Below, in pieces: positions 58,038 to 64,000 of a stretch of 64,000 bases of DNA (positions within the stretch are counted from its first letter, which is position 1; every line of letters begins with the position of its first letter). Origin of the DNA: Candidatus Geothermarchaeota archaeon (lineage in GTDB: Archaea; Thermoproteota; Nitrososphaeria; Geothermarchaeales; JDFR-13). The stretch is taken from positions 194,159-258,158 of the forward strand of contig WAKB01000001.1 of assembly GCA_015523545.1 (NCBI GenBank), read 5' to 3'. The translations under genes were made by a program, and so were the position numbers. Below the pieces are notes generated by a model. That model was not told the origin of the DNA and searched no databases. It worked only from the letters and a program-made list of their open reading frames with translations.

Positions 58038-59236
58038 CTCTTCCCAATACTTTTACCGGTCATTGAGTATTCGGGGGGCTGACCCAGGAGGAGCTCCGAT
58101 AGGATAGACTCGAGATCAGACCTCTGCCTAGAATATATCACCGCTGCATGGTGTGCCTCGGATAGGAGGTATGGATAGCCACCGCCACGCCTAGCATCTA
58201 GATAGACCGCGTTAAACATCCTCTCAAGACTATGTGGATCCCAGTCGAAGTGGTCGGTATATTCTACCATGAAAACGTTGAGCGTGGGGATATCCATGGG
58301 CTCTACATGCATATATACAGTTGAGACCCTGTAGACCCCCTCAATAGGGTCTGACACCACCTGGAAACGGCTGCTCCTACTATTCCTAGATAGGAGCCGA
58401 CCCATTATCACCCTATCCCTGTACTCAGGCACGTCGGGGCTTATCAGGCCGGCCGTCTTTAGACACTTGATTATCGAGCTCCTACCACTATAGTATACGC
58501 CCACCGGGAGAACCCTACCACCACCCATCTCCTTAACATCCCTAAATAGCTCGTCATACATCCCTACATACTCCTTCCTAACACTGGCCGAGTACGTCGA
58601 TGCATAGCCAAGGTTAAAGTTCTCGTCGAACATAACCACGGAGAGGTCTAGACCCTCACTCTTCATGATGTCTAGGAGGTACTTCACAAACCTCCTAACG
58701 AAGTGGTGCTCCACCTCCTTACTGATAAGCTCCCTAGGCTTATCATCAAGATCCCTAGGTATCACGAGGTAGGTCAGGTGGTAAGGCTCACCTGGAGATC
58801 TATATACATGGCCATCCTTGAAGATGGTGTATTGATACCCGATGTTGATGATCATCACGGGGATGGTGAAGTGCCCTCCGGGGGTGTGGTAGCTCGCGTC
58901 ATAGGCTGCTAGAACCATATCACCAACGTTCTCCAGCGCCGACTCCTCGCTGGGCATCGGGTAGTAGGTGAAGGGCTCGAGGGGTTCTACATATGTATAC
59001 TTCCCCTTGATATTACATCCATACTTCCCCGGCTCGAGGTACTTGGATATCTCCTCGGCAACCTCATCACCCGGGGTTACATCAATGTCCTTAGACAGCT
59101 CATCCCTAATATCCTCGAGATAGAGGCTAATGATACCCGGGTCAAACTCTCCAGGAGCCCAGCCTATCTCCCCAAGCTCATAGACTATATATCCACCCTC
59201 CTCACGCCTACTCACGGGGCTCGACACATCTACCAC
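58022..59236 (-). CDS. nurA: NurA-like 5'-3' nuclease
   Basis: 404 aa. Candidate catalytic positions are LAAYDASY (Asp), an acidic middle, VVMFDENF (Asp) and GGGYPYLLSEAHHAAVI (C-terminal NurA-like His motif). It is the first gene of the herA/mre11/rad50 operon. Confidence 0.55.
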   Translation of the reverse strand: MVDVSSPVSRREEGGYIVYELGEIGWAPGEFDPGIISLYLEDIRDELSKDIDVTPGDEVAEEISKYLEPGKYGCNIKGKYTYVEPLEPFTYYPMPSEESALENVGDMVLAAYDASYHTPGGHFTIPVMIINIGYQYTIFKDGHVYRSPGEPYHLTYLVIPRDLDDKPRELISKEVEHHFVRRFVKYLLDIMKSEGLDLSVVMFDENFNLGYASTYSASVRKEYVGMYDELFRDVKEMGGGRVLPVGVYYSGRSSIIKCLKTAGLISPDVPEYRDRVIMGRLLSRNSRSSRFQVVSDPIEGVYRVSTVYMHVEPMDIPTLNVFMVEYTDHFDWDPHSLERMFNAVYLDARRGGGYPYLLSEAHHAAVIYSRQRSDLESILSELLLGQPPEYSMTGKSIGKRWRIL

Positions 59237-59300
59237 CCTCCAGAGTAGCTAGGAATGTGTTTGGGTACGACCCCAGACACATTTCCAGTAGCAACTATGC

Positions 59301-59395
59301 GGGGCGAATTATTTATAGGAGAATTGACACAGAGACGCCGGTAGAGCCGCCGGATACTTCTATGTGGGGGGAAATATTTATAGGAAAATTGACAC
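59301..59395 (+). promoter_or_regulatory. Two 30-nt direct repeats carrying BRE/TATA-like and TTGACAC elements
   Basis: 59301-59330 reads GGGGCGAATTATTTATAGGAGAATTGACAC. 59366-59395 reads GGGGGGAAATATTTATAGGAAAATTGACAC. They share 27/30 identity at a 65-nt period, in the nurA/DUF4097 divergent spacer. Confidence 0.4.
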
Positions 59396-59446
59396 GTATC
59401 CCTACGTAGCCCCCTTAATTATTACCTATGCCGAATAGAGTTTCTA

Positions 59447-60229
59447 TTGACCCCCCGGTCCAAGGTGGTGACATTGGCGAGGACACGGTCATTCAGGAAG
59501 GTTCTAGAGACGCCCGAGGGCGTCACCCAGCTAGCCGTCGTAGGGGACATGGCCGACATCATAGTCGAGCCCCACGACGACGACACAATAGTTCTACACG
59601 GCTTCATACTGGGTGGGGATCCACCCCTCATAGACGTATCGGAGGGCGAGAAGCAGATAGACATAACGATCAAGAGGGCTAAGGCCGAGAGCAGGCTATA
59701 CTCACTCAAGATGAAGATGTTCGTCCCCATAGAGAGGATAAAGGAGATGCTTAGCATAACACTAGAGATAGGGGACGTCAGGATAGACGGTGTACCCGTG
59801 AAGATCCTCAAGATAGACACCTCCAACGGCGACGTAATGGTGGGGGGTGTAAATGCGGAGCAGGCCAAGCTCTCATGTAGGAATGGAGACGTCATGTTCA
59901 GGGGAGGATCCTTTAAGGACGGGTACTTCACAACGATAAACGGCGACGTGAGGCTAGAGATACTCATGGAAAGGGGATACAGCCTCTACGCCTCCTCGAA
60001 GAGAGGTAGGATAAGGATATCCCTACCGGTAAACACATCGGCAAAGATCAGGGCCAGGGCACTGAGGGGGAGGGTAATGATAACGCCGAAATCGGCTATA
60101 AGGGAGGATGAGGGTGAGGAGGTCAGGACAATAGTATTTGGGGATGGAGACGCGGAGATTAAGTTGGAGACCCTGGACGGGGATATAAGTATAAACCTAT
60201 TCGCCACGCCCCCAGTAGAGACGGAGTAG
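59447..60229 (+). CDS. DUF4097-like beta-helical repeat protein
   Basis: 260 aa. Recurring (N/D)GDV/I units: IGDVRIDG, NGDVMVGG, NGDVMFRGG, NGDVRLEI, DGDISINL. The start is uncertain (TTG 59447 or GTG 59465). Confidence 0.45.
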   Translation: MTPRSKVVTLARTRSFRKVLETPEGVTQLAVVGDMADIIVEPHDDDTIVLHGFILGGDPPLIDVSEGEKQIDITIKRAKAESRLYSLKMKMFVPIERIKEMLSITLEIGDVRIDGVPVKILKIDTSNGDVMVGGVNAEQAKLSCRNGDVMFRGGSFKDGYFTTINGDVRLEILMERGYSLYASSKRGRIRISLPVNTSAKIRARALRGRVMITPKSAIREDEGEEVRTIVFGDGDAEIKLETLDGDISINLFATPPVETE

Positions 60230-60311
60230 ACCCCCTGGAGCCCCGGAATACTTTCACTACCCATATTTTTAAAGAGCCTCCACAACCCAGTTATTGTAGG
60301 AGGGGAAACTA

Positions 60312-60893
60312 GTGGTAAGGAAGTATAGGGTCTCGGGCTTCACCCTCCACTTCCAAGTCTCCCCGAGGACTGGGCTCCTCGAGAACATAGTCCTAGTCCT
60401 AGAGGTTGAGGGCGACCCGAACAAGGTATTGAAGATGCAGAACATCCCCCTGGAGATAGCCATAGAGCTGGAGAAGTTCGCCACTACCGAGTCCCAGCTC
60501 AACATAGAGAACAACGACTTCAGGATGAGCATCTTCGACGTCCTGATGGAGATACCAAACGTCGAGAAGATGCTGAGGCAGAGCGTCAAGGAGATAGTTA
60601 TAAACAAGCTCCACAGGGATAGGAACGTCTACTCGGCGGAGGTTCACCTAGTAGACACTTATAGCGGTAAGCCCGCGGTGGTTGAGATGATACCTAGCCA
60701 TGCACTACTCCTATCAGTAATGGGTAATATACCCGTCTATGTATCTGAGGACCTCCTAACCGATAGGAGCCAGGAGCCGACAGGGCCTGAGGACTACTTC
60801 AACATGTTCATAGACGACGAGATACTCGACCCTGACGAGATGGGCTTCTTCGACGACTGGGACGACGAGGACGACGACCTGGAGAACCTATAA
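60312..60893 (+). CDS. Bifunctional nuclease (BFN/DUF151) family-like protein with acidic C-terminal tail
   Basis: 193 aa. IVLVLEVEGDPNKVL...IPLEIAIELE, VYSAEVHLV, and EMIPSHALLLSVMGNIPVYVSEDLL parallel the BFN core. The tail is FFDDWDDEDDDLENL. Confidence 0.5.
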   Translation: MVRKYRVSGFTLHFQVSPRTGLLENIVLVLEVEGDPNKVLKMQNIPLEIAIELEKFATTESQLNIENNDFRMSIFDVLMEIPNVEKMLRQSVKEIVINKLHRDRNVYSAEVHLVDTYSGKPAVVEMIPSHALLLSVMGNIPVYVSEDLLTDRSQEPTGPEDYFNMFIDDEILDPDEMGFFDDWDDEDDDLENL

Positions 60894-61676
60894 CGATAAT
60901 AGGTCCAGCAGCCTCTCAAGGAGGTGTGGAGTAGAGGCTGACACGATCTTTATCCCATATATCCTGCTTAGCCTCACATCCCTGGAATCATCCTGGGTTA
61001 TCCATACATGCCCCCCTGCCTCCCTAACAATCAATTGGCTAGCCGCTATGTCGAACACCCTTAGGCTCCCCCTTACATCTACATGGGCATCTAGACGGCC
61101 CTCAGCCACCATACAGTCCTCCAGGGCGGCGCTCCCAAAATGCCTGGGATAGTTCGTATATCTGAGGAGCTCCAGAGTTGGTGAGACGCCCGGGTATTGG
61201 TGTACGATGGAGATGGATATGAAGGCGTCGATAGTCTTCAGCGTTCTCGACACCCTTATCTCCCTACCGTCTTTATAGGCACCCCTCCCCCTGTAGGCCA
61301 TGTAGGTCTCTCCCGTGAATATGTTCCTCACCATCCCAGCATAGACCCCCTCCATGGAGTCGGACTCGGCTATGGCGAGTGAGACCGCGCTGAAGGGGAT
61401 CCCCCTGCTTAGATTACTAGTCCCATCTATAGGATCCACCACAAGTATCCAGTCCTCACCCGGCTCATAGTCGTCGAACCACTCCTCACTGATTACCCTT
61501 GGCCTGAGCCCCCTATCGAGTAGGAAGTCCCTCAGGGCTGATGCTGAGATATAGTCCATCCTACGGCCATACTCCTTGGGATCCTCTACACCCTGCTCCA
61601 TATTCCTGAGGATCGCGTCGGCCATGTATTCAGACGCGGCTCTAAGTATGTCGCTAGCCTCTCCGAAGCTGAGCAT
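60888..61676 (-). CDS. Inositol monophosphatase/fructose-1,6-bisphosphatase family (archaeal SuhB-like)
   Basis: 262 aa. VVDPIDGTSN, FDIAAS, and an acidic metal site (SEEW). Confidence 0.8.
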   Translation of the reverse strand: MLSFGEASDILRAASEYMADAILRNMEQGVEDPKEYGRRMDYISASALRDFLLDRGLRPRVISEEWFDDYEPGEDWILVVDPIDGTSNLSRGIPFSAVSLAIAESDSMEGVYAGMVRNIFTGETYMAYRGRGAYKDGREIRVSRTLKTIDAFISISIVHQYPGVSPTLELLRYTNYPRHFGSAALEDCMVAEGRLDAHVDVRGSLRVFDIAASQLIVREAGGHVWITQDDSRDVRLSRIYGIKIVSASTPHLLERLLDLLSL

Positions 61677-63017
61677 CTAGCCCCTAGCCTCCTCATCAGC
61701 TATCTTTAGGGCCTCGTCGAGGGCCTCAACACCCTTGTCTATATCCTCCTCATCAACGATGAGTGGTGGGGCTATCACGAAGTGGCTTATCCAGTTCATC
61801 ACTAGGACACCCTGCTCCCTCATCTTAGCAGCGACTCTATCGGTCATAAGCCTCCTTCCAGCCAGCTTATCCTCCCTAGTGTTGAAGGGCTCCTTAGTCT
61901 TCCTATCCTTCACGATCTCCACGGCCCAGAAGAGTCCTAGGCCTCTTACATCTCCTATGCATGGATGCCTATCCATAAGCTCCTGAAGCCTCTTACCCAG
62001 GTATTCACCCATGCGCCTACTCCTCTCGATCAGTCCGAGCCTCTTATACTCCTTTATACTAGCCTCTATAGCAGCCATAGTGACTGGGTGGAAGGCGAAG
62101 GTATGGCCAACCGCGAAGAAGTGGTCCTCGAAGAAGCTGGCCACCTTGCCATCAACAGCCGTTATACCTACGGGGACATAGCTTGAGGTGGCCCCCTTGG
62201 CTGTGGTCATGATATCAGGCTTAACATCCCAGTTCATATGGGCGAACCACTTCCCGGTACGGCCCCAGCCAGCCATAACCTCGTCGAATATGAGTAGGAG
62301 TCCATGCTCATCAGCAATCTCCCTAAGCATCTCATAGTAGCCTGGTGGAGGCACGATAACGCCATTAGTCCCAGTCACGGGCTCCATAAAGATAGCCGCC
62401 ACGTTCCCCTCCCTCCTAACCATATAGTCCACATACTCTGCACAGGCCAGTCCACACTCGGGGTATGAGAGGCCGAAGGGGCATCGGTAGCAGTAGGGAT
62501 CGGGTGCGAAGACGGTGCCCCTAACATTGGTATGCAGCTCCACAGAGACCCTCCTAGGATCACCCGTCAGGGATATTGCACCAGCTGAGGAGCCGTGGTA
62601 AGACTCATACCTAGCTATGACCTTATATGCCGGGGCCTTATACATCCTAGCTATCTTAAGGGCGTCCTCATTAGCTTCGGCCCCACTCACCGAGACGACA
62701 AACTTTGAGAGGTTGTCGGGAACAACCCCCCTAAGAGCTTTGAGGGCCCGAGCCCTGATCTCATGGGCATAGGCAGGGCCCAGATATGCCAGGTCCTCCA
62801 GCTGCTGCTTAACAGCCTCAATAACATTCCTATTCCCATACCCAAGGTTTACACAGACCAGCTGACTACTAAAGTCTAGGAACCTCCTCCCATCCCTGGC
62901 TACCAGGTAGGCACCCTCACCTGAGACGAACTCTAGGGGAGGCTTCCAGTCCCTCTGGTACCTCCACGTCCCAAAGGCAAGCTCATGAAAAACCTTTGAC
63001 GGGTCACCCGCATCCAT
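61677..63017 (-). CDS. Class-III PLP aminotransferase (omega-/beta-alanine-pyruvate type)
   Basis: 446 aa. VSGAEANE, FDEVMAGWGRTGK, TTAKGATSSYVPVG. It shares the CYRCPF...CGLAC insert with the 8184-9518 paralog. Confidence 0.8.
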   Translation of the reverse strand: MDAGDPSKVFHELAFGTWRYQRDWKPPLEFVSGEGAYLVARDGRRFLDFSSQLVCVNLGYGNRNVIEAVKQQLEDLAYLGPAYAHEIRARALKALRGVVPDNLSKFVVSVSGAEANEDALKIARMYKAPAYKVIARYESYHGSSAGAISLTGDPRRVSVELHTNVRGTVFAPDPYCYRCPFGLSYPECGLACAEYVDYMVRREGNVAAIFMEPVTGTNGVIVPPPGYYEMLREIADEHGLLLIFDEVMAGWGRTGKWFAHMNWDVKPDIMTTAKGATSSYVPVGITAVDGKVASFFEDHFFAVGHTFAFHPVTMAAIEASIKEYKRLGLIERSRRMGEYLGKRLQELMDRHPCIGDVRGLGLFWAVEIVKDRKTKEPFNTREDKLAGRRLMTDRVAAKMREQGVLVMNWISHFVIAPPLIVDEEDIDKGVEALDEALKIADEEARG

Positions 63018-63064
63018 AGATAAATAGTATGGATGGTGGGGTGAAATAAGGCTCTAGAAGTACA

Positions 63065-64000
63065 TCACCAGCCTAGATTCCCGATGATCTCTATAGGGCC
63101 TGGAGAGTAGAGTAGCCCCCTAGACCTGTCGAGTATCATGGTCTGGTTACCCTCGATGTATGGGTTGGTGAAGCGTATCCACATGATTAGGAAGTTGTCC
63201 ACAGCCCTGTAGCCAAGCACCCTGAAGCTCCAGACCTCGACCTCTACAGGTTGGTACATAGATATTGGGATGTCGTTATAGATCCTTATCCATCCCTGGT
63301 CACCCGAGACAATGATCCTCATAGACTGGTGCTCAACATGCCCAGCGGCGGAGAAGTATATCACGCCTATACCCATCGTCAGGTTTCCATACCAGGATGG
63401 GAGCGTCTTACTCAGCCCCCAGTATAGGAGGTAGCCCCTCTGGAACGTGCCATAGCTCGTCGAGACCACTATGAATAGCTGGTCTATGAAGGGGTTCGAC
63501 TCATCATATAGGTAACTCAGGGAGAAGTCTACATAGCCACCTAGACCCGTCTGGCCGAGAGTAACTAGGGTGGAGGAGTCGTAGAGAGAGACTGGGAGGA
63601 GAGGTATCGGGAATCCCGTCAGGCTGGAGACGACCCTCACTCTGAGGGTCCACTTACTAAGTATAGTCCCACCATTATTCACCGAGTTGAGCTCGTCATA
63701 CACAGTCTCGTTAAGAACCATTAGGGAGGTGGAGCCAGGGACATCCCACATCTGAACCCTATCGAGGAGAGACCTATAGACCATTACCTTGGTACCGGGA
63801 CTGTTTATAGACCAGTATACGAGGCTCCATGGAGATAGGGTTGTATTAACATCCCTGATATCCGTCCATGAACCTCCACCATTGTTGAAGTAGTCGACCT
63901 TTATGTTCTGTATACCAGCTGATGCCAGGTACGCCTTCCATATATGGGCCTCCTGGTAGGAGTTAGAGGTGGCACCGAGATACATGTTGTTTAGACCAGC
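63065..64000 (-). CDS. Hypothetical, probably extracellular, beta-rich protein (5' end likely beyond window)
   Basis: The frame stays open to the window edge (AGLNN precedes the listed Met at 63985). Several N-x-S/T sequons (NTT, NET, NLT, NQT). No enzymatic motif. Confidence 0.4.
   Translation of the reverse strand, partial: AGLNNMYLGATSNSYQEAHIWKAYLASAGIQNIKVDYFNNGGGSWTDIRDVNTTLSPWSLVYWSINSPGTKVMVYRSLLDRVQMWDVPGSTSLMVLNETVYDELNSVNNGGTILSKWTLRVRVVSSLTGFPIPLLPVSLYDSSTLVTLGQTGLGGYVDFSLSYLYDESNPFIDQLFIVVSTSYGTFQRGYLLYWGLSKTLPSWYGNLTMGIGVIYFSAAGHVEHQSMRIIVSGDQGWIRIYNDIPISMYQPVEVEVWSFRVLGYRAVDNFLIMWIRFTNPYIEGNQTMILDRSRGLLYSPGPIEIIGNLGW

Noticed and set aside
51960-59236. Reading the SbcC/SbcD-like + HerA + nuclease cluster as an anti-virus defence island.
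   Set aside because: The zinc-hook Rad50, the full Mre11 motif set, the HerA Walker motifs and a NurA-like first gene match the conserved archaeal double-strand-break resection operon. There are no Sir2, TIR or other effector domains. Only the extra 206-aa gene is unusual.
59301-59395. Possibility that the 30-nt repeats form a mini CRISPR array.
   Set aside because: There are only two copies. Each contains a BRE/TATA-like core, the 35-nt spacer is not bounded by further repeats, and no cas genes or leader are present.
59428-59682. 84-aa ATG-initiated ORF downstream of the repeated promoter.
   Set aside because: It is an Arg/His-rich off-frame product overlapping the DUF4097-like frame, which has a clear repeat structure. 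Its ATG does, however, make the true start of the DUF4097 gene uncertain.
1-64000. Search for tRNA, rRNA, integrase or transposase genes, terminal inverted repeats and prophage-like blocks.
   Set aside because: None was recognised by eye. All stretches longer than ~130 nt, except the two spacers around the ABC genes, are occupied by ORFs with plausible products. A tRNA or ncRNA scanner should still be run.

Overview
Gene-dense chromosomal segment (about 60 CDS on both strands, many 1-20 nt overlaps). It reads as a hyperthermophilic crenarchaeote (Thermoprotei-like; I cannot name the species). Supporting signs are AGG/ATA-heavy codon usage, GGGG/purine + TATA promoter boxes upstream of starts, and ribosomal protein L13e. 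Typical archaeal genes are also present: two-subunit 2-oxoacid:ferredoxin oxidoreductase, bifunctional PGI/PMI, TrpB2, archaeal RNase J and a NurA/HerA/Mre11/Rad50 operon. Most of the content is ordinary core metabolism of a peptide-degrading organism. This includes OFOR, an sdhA-C-D-B succinate dehydrogenase cluster, four PLP aminotransferases, two S9 peptidases, NadE, GuaB, homoserine dehydrogenase, endonuclease III and geranylgeranyl reductase. I saw no rRNA, tRNA, CRISPR array, integrase or transposase. I did not find an unambiguous new system. The best candidates for a second look are: (1) an extra 206-aa HAS-barrel-like gene inside a five-gene, overlap-coupled nurA-X-herA-mre11-rad50 operon. 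(2) A neighbourhood of eroded paralogs: an internally duplicated ThyX-like protein lacking the RHR motif, a 341-aa orphan, and a TtuA-like protein with a degenerate PP-loop, followed by RNase J. (3) A lysine-less aminotransferase-fold protein directly after the SDH cluster. (4) An unannotated C/D box sRNA candidate with two exact 12-nt guides at 46071-46134. (5) A 30-nt direct repeat (27/30) carrying BRE/TATA plus TTGACAC, lying between the repair operon and a DUF4097/BFN-nuclease pair. (6) An ABC-transporter islet split by an opposite-strand gene and flanked by two unusually long AT-rich spacers. All functional calls come from motif reading of the translations; no database search was possible.
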